Notes: generated by a model from the sequence alone, not told the origin. Positions 1-9,817 are shown, counted from the stretch's first letter. The stretch: DNA of 64,000 nucleotides from Candidatus Micrarchaeia archaeon (GCA_038871515.1 JAVZHX010000002.1:132641-196640); one strand, 5' to 3'. A program made the numbers and translations.

Positions 1-792
1 TCTTTTGAGAAACTCAAATATTCCTGTTTCAACCCACTGGTGCTCCCCAAAAGTTTCATAATCCATAAAAATGTTCACAAGGGGTCCCTCGCACTTGCTT
101 AACCAAGCAGCGTATTTATCAGCTGTAAGCGGATACTCGCTCCACCAACGAGCCGAGAAACGGTATGCAATATCATCGCTTAACCTGTAGTTTCTCAGGA
201 ATGCTTTAATTGAATTGCACCCTCTCACCCTGTAAAGGTAATTCGGGCTTCTCCACCCAAGTATCCTCTCCCAACCCTCGGTAACTATTCCCTTATACCC
301 CATCTCCTCAACAATTTTCGCTATTTCGTTTGTGAACAATGCTTCTGTGTTTCTGAAAACAACTGGGTTGCATTTGAAAAGGGATTTCACTACTTTATTG
401 TGAAGCGCAACCTGCTCCTTGAACTCAGTTTTATCTTTGAACAAACTGCACAGCGAGTGATAATATGTTTCATCAAGAAAATCAACGCAGCCAGTTTTGG
501 CAAGCTCCTCAAATGAGTCAAGCACCTTTGGGTTGAACTCATTGCACTGGTCAAGAAAAACCCCGGTTATGCTATAGGAAATTTTGAATTTTCCATCGTA
601 TTTGCTTATCAAATCAAGCATAATTGAGTTTGTTGGAAGATAGCACTTGCGCGCAACTTTCTCAAAAACCTCCTTATTCAATTTTTGGTTGAAATAAAGG
701 TGATACGGATCCCCGTTATTCTCCTCAAAAATAGAGAAGCGCCTCATTCTGATTGGTTGGTGAACTTGGAAGTAAAAACAGATTGATGGCAT
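1..792 (-). CDS. Glycoside hydrolase family 57 (alpha-amylase-like), 3' end outside window
   Basis: Manual translation from ATG at 792 gives MPSICFYFQVHQPIRMRRF (GH57 HQP motif). Later FLDETYYHSL, FRNTEAL and LRNYRLSDDIAYRFS motifs. Abuts the GT4 gene. Confidence 0.9.
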   Translation of the reverse strand, partial: MPSICFYFQVHQPIRMRRFSIFEENNGDPYHLYFNQKLNKEVFEKVARKCYLPTNSIMLDLISKYDGKFKISYSITGVFLDQCNEFNPKVLDSFEELAKTGCVDFLDETYYHSLCSLFKDKTEFKEQVALHNKVVKSLFKCNPVVFRNTEALFTNEIAKIVEEMGYKGIVTEGWERILGWRSPNYLYRVRGCNSIKAFLRNYRLSDDIAYRFSARWWSEYPLTADKYAAWLSKCEGPLVNIFMDYETFGEHQWVETGIFEFLKR

Positions 793-1929
793 TTAAACCA
801 GCTCTCTGTAAACTTTGAGTGTTTCATCCGCAGTCTTCCCCCAGCTGAACCTCCTCGCATCCTCAACCTCATATCTTCCCATTGTGTGGTTGAGAACCCT
901 GTATTTCAGCAGCGCAATTATGTATTCAGCCATCTTGTTCACATCCCAGAAATCAACCCTTAAGCAGTGAGTTGTTATCTCACTAACACCAGAGGTTTTT
1001 GAGAGTATTATTGGGGTTCCACTTGCCATTGCTTCCAGAGCAGTTATCCCAAATGGTTCTGAAATGCTTGGCAGAACGTAAACATCGCTCTTTGCATATG
1101 CTTCATGCAGTTGATCCTCAGGTATGTAACCAAGGAAAGTAACCTTATCGCTTATCCCAAGCTCAATTGAGTAGTTTATCAAGTAAGGAAGCATATCCCC
1201 TCCCCCAGCCATAACAAAGCGAACGTTGCTCATTGCTGAAAGAACCTTCTTTGCAGCCTGCAGAAATTGAACAGGGCCTTTCTGCTCAGCCATCCTGCCG
1301 AGGAAAAGCACTACCTTTTCTTTTGAGTATTTTCTAACCTCCCACTTCTTCTTGAATTTATCAGGGTCAACTCCATTGTAAACAACTCTTATCTTTCCGC
1401 AGTCAACTCCAAATTTCTCAACAATCTGTCTTTTCATCATATTGCTTACAGTGATAACTCTGTCAGCTGCATGCATTCCCATTCTCTCAATTTCAAGTAT
1501 GTGGTTGTTCGGTCCGAGTGATGAGCGGTCGTATTCTGTTGAGTGAACTGTGCATACATGTGGTTTCTTTATCTTCTGCTTTGCGAGCACACCCGCTCGC
1601 ATTGTTAACCAATCATGGTTGTGAATCAAATCATAGTTTCTTTCCTTATGATTTTTTTCAACTTCCTCCGCACACCTCAAATTGTACTGCATAACCCTAT
1701 TCATGAAATCCCAACCGTATGCTTCTCTTGCGGTGTAAGGACCGAAGTAAACAGGCATAACCTGAATAAGGCGTGGGGTGGTTCCTTTTATTTCAAACTC
1801 GGTGCGGGGCATGTAGAAGTCAACTTCCACTCCTCTGCTTGCCAAAGCTCTTGTTAGCTCATAGCAGTGAACCCCCAACCCACCGCTTTTGAATGGGGGA
1901 AATTCCCATCCCAGCATCGCTATGCGCAC
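793..1929 (-). CDS. GT4 glycosyltransferase (glycogen synthase-like)
   Basis: WEFPPFKSGGLG, HNHDW and EPFGITALEAMASG motifs; coupled to GH57. Confidence 0.9.
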   Translation of the reverse strand: MRIAMLGWEFPPFKSGGLGVHCYELTRALASRGVEVDFYMPRTEFEIKGTTPRLIQVMPVYFGPYTAREAYGWDFMNRVMQYNLRCAEEVEKNHKERNYDLIHNHDWLTMRAGVLAKQKIKKPHVCTVHSTEYDRSSLGPNNHILEIERMGMHAADRVITVSNMMKRQIVEKFGVDCGKIRVVYNGVDPDKFKKKWEVRKYSKEKVVLFLGRMAEQKGPVQFLQAAKKVLSAMSNVRFVMAGGGDMLPYLINYSIELGISDKVTFLGYIPEDQLHEAYAKSDVYVLPSISEPFGITALEAMASGTPIILSKTSGVSEITTHCLRVDFWDVNKMAEYIIALLKYRVLNHTMGRYEVEDARRFSWGKTADETLKVYRELV

Positions 1930-2138
1930 AAGTTCACCTCTACTTCCACCCCTACAATATGGACTAGTCTTAATAGAAGTTTTGAAAGGAAAGGTTTATA
2001 AAACAAACTGCTTGAAAGTGAGTAAGGAATTTTTAGAAAACTTATCGTCTGAAAATTAGGGAATTTTTAAGCAATTGCTTCTCATTCAAAAATTTTGGCA
2101 GATAACTGAGAGGAAAGTTAGTTGTTTGAATTAAATTT

Positions 2139-2405
2139 ATGGGGGATAAAAGGTATAAACAGAGCGAGGCAGAAGCTAAGCATGTGTATTGGGGGGAACA
2201 GGAGCTGATAAGGAACGCTGAGGGCAACTATGCTGAAGCTCTCTGGGGGATTCGTAGGAGAAAAGGTTACAGAGTTGCTCTTGAGGTGATTTCACATATC
2301 CGCGAGAAAACGAGTGAATGTTGCGGAAGAGCGTGGTATTTTATTAATGAGTGTTTCAAAAAACACACTTTTTTTGAAAGAAAGTTTGGAAAGAGGATGG
2401 ATTAG
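2139..2405 (+). CDS. Hypothetical protein (88 aa)
   Basis: ORF only; no recognisable motif. Confidence 0.3.
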   Translation: MGDKRYKQSEAEAKHVYWGEQELIRNAEGNYAEALWGIRRRKGYRVALEVISHIREKTSECCGRAWYFINECFKKHTFFERKFGKRMD

Positions 2406-2430
2406 GTTTTTATTAAGTAACTCCAATACT

Positions 2431-2438
2431 TTTAAATT
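2431..2438 (+). promoter_or_regulatory. TATA box of the tRNA pair
   Basis: TTTAAATT about 25-30 nt upstream of tRNA-Tyr. Confidence 0.6.
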
Positions 2439-2461
2439 AACGAACATAAAAAAGATATGCT

Positions 2462-2564
2462 CCCGCCATAGCTCAACTTGGTAGAGCATCCGGCTGTAGC
2501 TTGCTTTGCTGGAGTTTTTCCAGCAGAAACCGGATGGTTGGGTGTTCAAATCACCCTGGCGGGA
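2462..2564 (+). tRNA. tRNA-Tyr(GTA) with 29-nt intron at position 37/38 (2500-2528)
   Basis: Acceptor stem CCCGCCA/TGGCGGG, D-arm GCTC/GAGC, anticodon stem TCCGG/CCGGA, GTA at 2496-2498, T-loop TTCAAAT. CTGT/GCAG helix with 3-nt bulges is BHB-like. Confidence 0.93.
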
Positions 2565-2566
2565 TT

Positions 2567-2639
2567 GCCTTGGTAGTGTAGTGGACCAGCATTCAGGCCT
2601 GTCGAGCCTGCGACCCGGGTTCAAATCCCGGCCAAGGCG
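2567..2639 (+). tRNA. tRNA-Asp(GTC)
   Basis: Acceptor GCCTTGG/CCAAGGC, anticodon stem CAGGC/GCCTG with GTC at 2601-2603, T-arm CCGGG-TTCAAAT-CCCGG; followed by a T-tract. Confidence 0.95.
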
Positions 2640-2708
2640 CTGAATTGTTTTTTTAATCAACTATAGGTTTATCGTTGCTATTAAAAATCTGCTTGATGAA
2701 ATTTATGC

Positions 2709-3941
2709 ATGAGCGATTACAGAAAACTTTTTTCAGATTTTATGAAAGAGAGCAGAAGTAGGGGGGTTGTAGATTACATTGTGAAAGGTTCTCTTCTTGT
2801 TTACACAATTCTGCTTCTCACCACTCCAATTACTGTCGGCAGAATACCAGCGTTGACTCCGGAGCAAGCAGTTTTTCTTGTTCTAACATATGCGGTGTTT
2901 GTTGGGAAGGGGATGGGGTTCATCAAGGATATTGCTCCTCTTGTTATACTGTTTTTTGCATATGAAGCAATGAGAGGAGTTGTGATTGCAGGAGAGCAGA
3001 GGGTGATAACGGATTATTGGGCTGTGAGCAATTATAGCAGTGGTTTGGAGGTGAAGATTAACCCAATGTTGGTGAACGTTGGAGAAACTTTTGTAATCAA
3101 TGTAACCACTTCTGATGAAGTTGAATATGTTGATTTTGTTGCTAGGAAAAATGACAGCAACAAGGAAGTTAACTTCACAATTAAGCTTTTGGAAGGGAAG
3201 GGGAGTTATGTTGTGGAGAGGGATTCAGAGCTGTTTGGTGAAACTGGGTTGTATAACATAACTGCACGCGCACGCGGTTATGAAGGAATAAATGGAAGCG
3301 CTGTTGTTGGAGTGACAAAAAATGTTCACTATAAAGAACCGATTGAGTTGGAGAGGAGTTTGTTTGGCATGATTCCCACAGTATATCTCCAGGAGAAGTT
3401 TTATAAGGAAGGGAAAATTTCAGCAATTGACTGGATTGCAATTATTACATATATTCTTCACCTCCCCCTTCCTTTTTTCTTCGCCTCTTTAATCTGGTTT
3501 AAGGATAGAGAGATGTATAAGAAGTATTCAGCAACTTTTCTTATTCTTGCATACACGGGCTTGTTGACTTTTCTCCTTTACCCAGCTTCCCCTCCCTGGT
3601 TATCAGGACTTGTTGGTTATTTAGATGGAGTGAAAAAACTCTACCACGAAATCTCCCAATCGCTAAATCTAATTATTCTGCCAACTCTTTATTACTGGAT
3701 AAACGCAAATGAGGTTGCAGCCGTTCCCTCTTTACATGCTGCATTTCCGCTTTTGATTTCAATTTACTCATTTAAACTTTGGGGGAAGAGAGGCTTGGTT
3801 GTTCTTCTTTATCCTGTTGCAACTGCATTCTCACTTGTTTACCTTGGTGAGCACTACGCAGTTGATGTTTTGCTTGGGTTTGTTTACGTTTTTGCATCAA
3901 TCGTTTTTGTTGAGTTGCTTTTCAGATGGGAGAGGAGGTGA
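2709..3941 (+). CDS. PAP2-superfamily (Aur1/IPC synthase-like) membrane phosphotransferase with an inserted Ig-like domain
   Basis: PASPPW, AAVPSLHAAFP and YLGEHYAVDV motifs; multiple TM segments. Confidence 0.85.
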   Translation: MSDYRKLFSDFMKESRSRGVVDYIVKGSLLVYTILLLTTPITVGRIPALTPEQAVFLVLTYAVFVGKGMGFIKDIAPLVILFFAYEAMRGVVIAGEQRVITDYWAVSNYSSGLEVKINPMLVNVGETFVINVTTSDEVEYVDFVARKNDSNKEVNFTIKLLEGKGSYVVERDSELFGETGLYNITARARGYEGINGSAVVGVTKNVHYKEPIELERSLFGMIPTVYLQEKFYKEGKISAIDWIAIITYILHLPLPFFFASLIWFKDREMYKKYSATFLILAYTGLLTFLLYPASPPWLSGLVGYLDGVKKLYHEISQSLNLIILPTLYYWINANEVAAVPSLHAAFPLLISIYSFKLWGKRGLVVLLYPVATAFSLVYLGEHYAVDVLLGFVYVFASIVFVELLFRWERR

Positions 3942-3945
3942 TTTG

Positions 3946-4401
3946 TTGATTTACATCCATCCAAAAGCAGAGGTTGTTGGAAATGTTTCAATCGGTGAGG
4001 GTTCATCTGTTTGGGCTTTTGCAGTTATAAGGGGGGATGAGGGAAAGATAAGGATTGGAAAAAACACAAGCGTGCAGGAGCACTGCGTGATTCATGGAGA
4101 GAGAGTTGAAGTTGGAGATAATGTAACAATTGGGCATTCGGCCGTTATTCACGGAGCAAAAATTGGAAGCAATGTTTTAATTGGAATAAAGGCAGTGGTG
4201 CTTGATGAAGCTGAAATTGGGGATTGGGTGATTGTAGGGGCAGGAGCAGTTGTTCCGCCAAAAATGAAAATTCCGTCGGAAAGTGTTGTGCTAGGAGTTC
4301 CTGCAAAAGTTGTGAGAAAGGTTAACGAAGAGGATAGAAAGTTTATAGCGAACTCATATGAAAAATACGTTGAGAGAGCGAAGAAGTTAGGGAAGGTTTA
4401 A
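3946..4401 (+). CDS. Gamma-class carbonic anhydrase family protein
   Basis: Hexapeptide repeats, VIRGD, QEHCVIH, GHSAVIHG; TTG start after GGAGGTGA. Confidence 0.9.
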   Translation: MIYIHPKAEVVGNVSIGEGSSVWAFAVIRGDEGKIRIGKNTSVQEHCVIHGERVEVGDNVTIGHSAVIHGAKIGSNVLIGIKAVVLDEAEIGDWVIVGAGAVVPPKMKIPSESVVLGVPAKVVRKVNEEDRKFIANSYEKYVERAKKLGKV

Positions 4402-4534
4402 ATACAACCTCCTTTATTTTTTAAAGCCCTAAGAGGCGACCGGGATGAATGAGAGAATGCTGATGAGTTTATACGAGTACCAGCGGGGGCTGGCTGAGAG
4501 CAGAGTGAAAAGAAAGGAAAGAGGAGGAAGCTGA

Positions 4535-4999
4535 TTATTTTCTCTGGGCTATGTAACCTCCTATCGCGCCAAGCACCACTCCTAGCACTGCGCTTATTGC
4601 AATGCCAATTATCATGCCTATAAACCAGAAGAGCAGCAGTGCTCCTCCACCAATCACTGCTCCTCCAGCGGAATCAGATGCGATGGACATGAAACCAGGT
4701 AGGTTCAACAGCAGAGCTACAACTGAATTTATCACCTCTGATACAACGGCTGCTATTCCTCCCGTAATTGCTGCGCCTGTTAAATCAAGCTGGTGCTTTT
4801 TCACAGCAGAGTAGCCCGCCCAGCCAAGCACCAAGCAGCTTAGGACGAATGATGCCAAGCTTATCAGGATGCTGAGTATACTGCCGACCATGGGAAGAAA
4901 TGAGGGGAGAGCGATTGTCACAATTGCTGTCAGCACTCCTAGAACAACTAATACAACGATTGGCAGAACAGACGCATTTATTATTTTCCTAAAATCCAC
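4535..4999 (-). CDS. Small 4-TM membrane protein
   Basis: Four hydrophobic Gly/Ala-rich helices; SD upstream. Confidence 0.75.
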   Translation of the reverse strand: MDFRKIINASVLPIVVLVVLGVLTAIVTIALPSFLPMVGSILSILISLASFVLSCLVLGWAGYSAVKKHQLDLTGAAITGGIAAVVSEVINSVVALLLNLPGFMSIASDSAGGAVIGGGALLLFWFIGMIIGIAISAVLGVVLGAIGGYIAQRK

Positions 5000-5117
5000 A
5001 TCACCACCTCAGAGTTCACCTCTCAAGAAGTTATAGTTTCATTGTTTATAAGGATTGCTGTTCAGCAGCATATATTTTTATAAGAGGGAGAAGTAAATAG
5101 TGAGTGAGGTGTTTCGC

Positions 5118-5702
5118 ATGTTTGAAGGAGTTATGAAACGAGTTGGTTATGTTACCCAGAGGGAGTTTGACAAGCTTCAGAAAACACTGAAGGATGAGAG
5201 AGCGCAGGCAGCAAAAGTTGAAGCGGAAAAGAATGCGATGATAAATGAGTTGGAGGAGCAGGTTGAAAGGTTAACAAACGAAAGAAAAAAGCTTGAGGGT
5301 GAAGTGAGCAGGTTGAAGGGGGAGCTGAGCAAGGTGAGCGATGAAAAAGTTAAAGCTTATGAGATGCTGAAGGAAAGCAAAAAGCAGGCAGAGGAGATGA
5401 GGAGGGGGATGGAGAAAAAAATTCAGAAGATGGCTGAAAAAATAAATAAGGTGAAGGAAGGGTTTAGAAATAAAATGAAGGAGCGAAGGAAGCAGATGGC
5501 TGAAAAAGTGAAGAGAATAGTTGCTGTTAAAAATGAGGCGGTGAAAGCAACAAAGAAAGAATTCAAAAAAGTCACAAAGGAGAGGGATAGAGCTGTTAGA
5601 GAAGTTGAGAAGCTGAGGAAGAAGCTTGCTGTGAAAAAAGTGAGGGAGAGAAGAAAAGTTACAAGAAAGAGGAAAGTTGGGAAAAGAAGGAAAAAAGCAT
5701 AA
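5118..5702 (+). CDS. Coiled-coil protein with Lys/Arg-rich C-terminus
   Basis: Heptad E/K pattern; GAGGTG upstream of ATG 5118. Confidence 0.75.
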   Translation: MFEGVMKRVGYVTQREFDKLQKTLKDERAQAAKVEAEKNAMINELEEQVERLTNERKKLEGEVSRLKGELSKVSDEKVKAYEMLKESKKQAEEMRRGMEKKIQKMAEKINKVKEGFRNKMKERRKQMAEKVKRIVAVKNEAVKATKKEFKKVTKERDRAVREVEKLRKKLAVKKVRERRKVTRKRKVGKRRKKA

Positions 5703-5736
5703 ATACTGTTTTTTCTAAATTAATTGGAGGTGGAGC

Positions 5737-8151
5737 GTGTTCAGGCTAGACTCCTTGCTTAACAGAAAAAAGAAGTGCGAGGTGTGGGAGCTCACCAGCA
5801 TCCCAAACGAGCCGTTTGACGTTCACTCCTTTTTCATAAAAAAACTGAAAGGATTGGCTTTTTCAATTCTGTATGATTTCAGAAGGATGAGAATGCTGCT
5901 TGTTACGCTTGACTTTCCAGAGGGGCTTGTGGAGTCTCTTGTTGCCAGTATACCTGGTTTGGAGTTCAAAAAAATTGAGGGAGTTTTCTTTAAAGAAGTG
6001 AGAAACTCTTTCAGGTATGATGGAATTCCGTTCAAACAAACCGCAACAGTTCAGGAGCCCTTTGCGCTTCACAGGGATGAAAGCAGAAGGAGCAGCAGAA
6101 ATTTACTGGCTGATCTTCCAATGGCGTTTAGGGAAAGCGACTGCTACTTGCTCATTTCTTTCATTCCAGAAAGCATTGATGTGCTGAACCACGTGAGAAG
6201 GCAGTGGGAGGAGGAGCTGAGCAGAATTTCCCCTGTTAGGAGGGAGGGTGTTTCGCAGGAGCATGGAGGAGTGCAGAGAAGCCAGTTCAGCGAGAAGGTG
6301 AACTACGAGGAAACGGACGTTGCGATGGTGGCTGCAGAGCTTCTTGCGATGTGCAACAACGCTTTGCTTCACAGCGATGCAGTGTACAGCGTCAGTGTTG
6401 TTGGGTGGGGGGAGAGAGCGGAGCTTTTGAAGCAACATCTGAGAGGGAAGTATTGGGGAGTGAGCGAGAGGGTTAGGATAAGCGAGGAGCTTAAGAAGTG
6501 CATTCCGATAGAGGGTGGGGAGATAATGAGCGGGGAGTATGCTTCTCTCTTCATTCATTTCCCACCAGAGTTTGCAAAGGAGGAGGTAGCTGTTGAAGTG
6601 GAGGAGATACCGCGAGAGCTCCTCTCAAAAGGAAGAGGGAGAGTGGAGGTTGGGAGGGAGCTTCTGAAAGGAGTGAGAAGGCACAGAGCAGTTTACCTAG
6701 ATAAGGTGAGTTATAACACAAATGTATTGATTGTTGGACAGCAGAGAATGGGAAAAACAACGCTGGCGAAGAGAATTGTAAAGCACGCTGCTTGCGAGGG
6801 AGCAGGCGTTATTGTTTTCTCACCTAGCTCGGAATGGTCATCGGTTGCAAAAGCAAGAAAGAAGATGCTTGTGATAAAGCTTGCTGAAAACATTCCTTTC
6901 AACTTGGTGAGGTGTCCTCCTGGGGTTAGGAAGGAGCAGTTCTACCAGAATCTTGCGTTGCTGCTTGCGAATGCGATGGGGGCAGGTCCATACACGAACC
7001 CAATAAGGAATGTTATGCTAAACTCGTTTACCTCCCTTTACGCCAGGAAGAAGGAGCCAGGAATTGTTGATGTTTATGATGGAATTCACTCCTCAGTTAT
7101 TGAGTTTTACTCTCATGAGGGAAAAACTTTTGGTAAATTTGGACAGAACATACGCGCATCTCTTGAAAATTTAAGGCAGCTGATGCTGAAGGAGCAGTTC
7201 AGAGTGAAGGATGGGGTGAGAATTGAGGATTGCGTGAGGGATGGTGCTGTTTTTGATTTGAGCGGTTGCAGCGAGCTTGAGAGAGCTCTGCTTTACGCAT
7301 TCATCCTCGCGCAGGTTTACAGCTATGTGCTCAGCAACTTTGATGAGAAAGGGGATAGGGAGTTGAGGTTGCTGATTGTGCTTGAGGAGGCGCATATGGT
7401 TTTCAGAAAGCAGGGGAAGGAAGGGGTTAGTTTAGAGGCAACAGCAACTGCTGACTTGGAGAGAAAGTTAGGCATGTTCAGCAAAAGAGGAGTTGGAATG
7501 GTGCTCATAACCCATTTTGCAGACCAGCTCAGCGATATTGTGAGAAGGCATGCACAAACGCATTTCTATTTCAAGCAGGATGTGGATTCGCTTGAGAGCG
7601 CTCTGAAGGATTTGAAGTTTAACCCAGTGGAGGAGGAGCTTTGGAGGAATGCTTCAAAAAAGCTTCTCTCCCTCCCAACAGGAGTTGCGGCTTGCAGAGC
7701 GGTTCATATAGAGGGAAGCAGAAGAGTTGAGGTGGGGCCTTTCTTCATCAAAATACCCCAGCAGGAGGAAAGCTTTGAGGAGGTTGGTGAGAGAGTTAAA
7801 AAGTATTTGAAAGAGAAAAACATTCTCACTCCGAAAAAAACAAAGCTTGCTGTTAAAGTTATTTCAAAAGATGGGAAAGGAATTCCAAATGCAAACGTTG
7901 AGCTTTTGCTGTGCGGAACTCCAGTAAGCTTCAGCGAAACGCAGGAGGGAGTTGATTACCTTACAGGCGGGGTTGAGACGGAAACTGCTGGAAGCGCATA
8001 CCTTGAAGCAGTTGAGGGAGAGGAGTACGAGCTGAGAGTTTCAAAGAAAGGTTACAGAACAGAGTGCAGAAAGATAACTGCTGGGGAAGGGAGTTTAATT
8101 ATTGAGCTTGAGCTTTCCAACAGAGCAAAAAGGGTTAGTCAGCAAGAATGA
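5737..8151 (+). CDS. HerA/VirB4-like (DUF87) ATPase with C-terminal carboxypeptidase-regulatory-like beta domain
   Basis: Walker A GQQRMGKT, Walker B LLIVLEEAH; C-terminal VISKDGKGIPNANV...YELRVSKKGY. Confidence 0.75.
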   Translation: MFRLDSLLNRKKKCEVWELTSIPNEPFDVHSFFIKKLKGLAFSILYDFRRMRMLLVTLDFPEGLVESLVASIPGLEFKKIEGVFFKEVRNSFRYDGIPFKQTATVQEPFALHRDESRRSSRNLLADLPMAFRESDCYLLISFIPESIDVLNHVRRQWEEELSRISPVRREGVSQEHGGVQRSQFSEKVNYEETDVAMVAAELLAMCNNALLHSDAVYSVSVVGWGERAELLKQHLRGKYWGVSERVRISEELKKCIPIEGGEIMSGEYASLFIHFPPEFAKEEVAVEVEEIPRELLSKGRGRVEVGRELLKGVRRHRAVYLDKVSYNTNVLIVGQQRMGKTTLAKRIVKHAACEGAGVIVFSPSSEWSSVAKARKKMLVIKLAENIPFNLVRCPPGVRKEQFYQNLALLLANAMGAGPYTNPIRNVMLNSFTSLYARKKEPGIVDVYDGIHSSVIEFYSHEGKTFGKFGQNIRASLENLRQLMLKEQFRVKDGVRIEDCVRDGAVFDLSGCSELERALLYAFILAQVYSYVLSNFDEKGDRELRLLIVLEEAHMVFRKQGKEGVSLEATATADLERKLGMFSKRGVGMVLITHFADQLSDIVRRHAQTHFYFKQDVDSLESALKDLKFNPVEEELWRNASKKLLSLPTGVAACRAVHIEGSRRVEVGPFFIKIPQQEESFEEVGERVKKYLKEKNILTPKKTKLAVKVISKDGKGIPNANVELLLCGTPVSFSETQEGVDYLTGGVETETAGSAYLEAVEGEEYELRVSKKGYRTECRKITAGEGSLIIELELSNRAKRVSQQE

Positions 8152-9817
8152 ACCTCATCCTTTTTTCATCATCAAGTATGCAGAACCCGTAGCGGACAAA
8201 CTGGATGATGCTTCCCTTTTTCAGGTTTCTGCATTCTGGCTCGCAGTAACCCTCCTCAACTCTCAGGCTGTTTTTGTTGAATTTATCATCAATGAACAAC
8301 TCTGATGGAATGAGCACCTGTGCTTTCAGATGTTTCTCAGGCACCCAATGTATTTTCAACTCCTCCATCCCCTCATCGCCCAAAAACTCCCCTCTCAAAA
8401 CTTTTCCTTTCTCAACAAGCCTCACGTTGCACAAATCCAGCAACCTGAATTTATCTCCTTTTTTCAAGTTCTTTGCGTCTGAACCACTTATGAAGAACCT
8501 TCCAGTTATCTCAATCTTTCTCTCCCCAAAGTTCTCAGTTGGGTGCTTTCTGAGTTTAACCTCTCCTTTCCTAACTCCATCAACCACAAGCTCAACTGGG
8601 TTGCCCACGAAGAAGTATCTCTCAGCCCTTGAATCAAGCAGCTTCCTGTTTTCTATGAGAAGCGCATCTATTTTGGGTTCGCTTTCAACTTTGCTCAAAC
8701 CGAAGCTGAGCACAAAATTCCTTATCGCCTCTGGGAGTATACCTCTTCTCCTCAAACCCCGCAGGGTTGGCATCCTTGGGTCATCCCAGCCAGAAACCTT
8801 TTTTTCTTCAACCAGTGGCTTCAGAAACCTTTTGCTCAGTGGAAATCCTTTTATTGATAAACGCGAGAAGTCATAAACAATCGGCTTTCTCAGCGCAAGC
8901 TTCTCAATTATTCTGTAGTATAACTCATCTCTCAACTCATACTCCTTGCTTCTTAGTGCGTGAGTTACTCCATCAAGCGAGTCGGCTATGCTCACCTCAA
9001 AATCATAGGTTGGCCAGACAGAGTATTTATCGCCTTGCCTGTAGTGCTTTGCAGTGCATATTCTGAACAGCGTTGGATCTCTCATCACAGTGTTTGCAGC
9101 ATCAGGCTCTGCTTTCAACCTCAGGATAGCGTCTCCCTTCTTGTACTCACCTGCGAGCATGCTCTCCCATGCATCCAAGTTATCCTCAACAGCTTTGGAA
9201 CGGCACTCGCAAGCCTTCCCAAGCTTTCTCAGTTCATTCACCTTCTCCTTCTCACAGCTGCATACGTATGCATCTCCTTGGGTTATCAACTGCTTTGCGA
9301 ACTTGTAGAATTCAGGCATCTTATCTGAGGAGTATAACTCCCTTTCAAACTTCATCCCAAGCCACTCCAAATCCTCCTTTATTGAATCAACAAACTCCTG
9401 TCTTTCGGTTTCCGGGTTCGTGTCATCAAAGCGCAGGATGCATTTCCCTTCATACTCCCTTGCTGCCTCATAAGAGAGAAAAGCTGCTTTTGCGTGTCCA
9501 AGATGCAGAAAGCCATTCGGCTCAGGAAGAAACCTTGTGATAACCTTTCCTTTCTCCGCATCCTCCAGAATAATTTTTCTCTCCTCCTCCTTTTTTTCTT
9601 CAAAACTGAATTTTGAAAGCTCCTTCTCAATTTGCTCCTTTTTCATTTTATTCACTTTCGCAACAACTTTCTCAATGAGCTGCATCGTGCTTTTCATATC
9701 TGCTTTTGCTTCAGGCGCCTCTGCTATAACCTTGCCGACAACTGCTTTAACCTGCGCTTCCCCGTATTCCGCAGCATTCTTCAAAGCGTGCTTTAAAACA
9801 ACCTCTTCAAGCTTCAT
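8135..9817 (-). CDS. gltX: Glutamate--tRNA ligase (archaeal type)
   Basis: RFLPEPNGFLHLGH, RFDDTNP, THALRSKEY, LSKR and GWDDPRMPT motifs. Confidence 0.96.
   Translation of the reverse strand: MKLEEVVLKHALKNAAEYGEAQVKAVVGKVIAEAPEAKADMKSTMQLIEKVVAKVNKMKKEQIEKELSKFSFEEKKEEERKIILEDAEKGKVITRFLPEPNGFLHLGHAKAAFLSYEAAREYEGKCILRFDDTNPETERQEFVDSIKEDLEWLGMKFERELYSSDKMPEFYKFAKQLITQGDAYVCSCEKEKVNELRKLGKACECRSKAVEDNLDAWESMLAGEYKKGDAILRLKAEPDAANTVMRDPTLFRICTAKHYRQGDKYSVWPTYDFEVSIADSLDGVTHALRSKEYELRDELYYRIIEKLALRKPIVYDFSRLSIKGFPLSKRFLKPLVEEKKVSGWDDPRMPTLRGLRRRGILPEAIRNFVLSFGLSKVESEPKIDALLIENRKLLDSRAERYFFVGNPVELVVDGVRKGEVKLRKHPTENFGERKIEITGRFFISGSDAKNLKKGDKFRLLDLCNVRLVEKGKVLRGEFLGDEGMEELKIHWVPEKHLKAQVLIPSELFIDDKFNKNSLRVEEGYCEPECRNLKKGSIIQFVRYGFCILDDEKRMRFILAD

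Noticed and set aside
2292..2660. 122-aa minus-strand ORF
   Set aside because: Antisense shadow of the two tRNA genes.
3799..3945. N-terminal extension of the gamma-CA ORF (similarly 27907-27981, 30253-30324, 34092-34148, 58643-58804)
   Set aside because: These overlap neighbouring genes or promoters; downstream starts with SD sites or family-typical N-termini fit better.
8135..9817. Possible glutaminyl-tRNA synthetase (PEPNG motif)
   Set aside because: THALRSKEY keeps the Glu-specific Arg and the N-terminus is the archaeal GluRS type.
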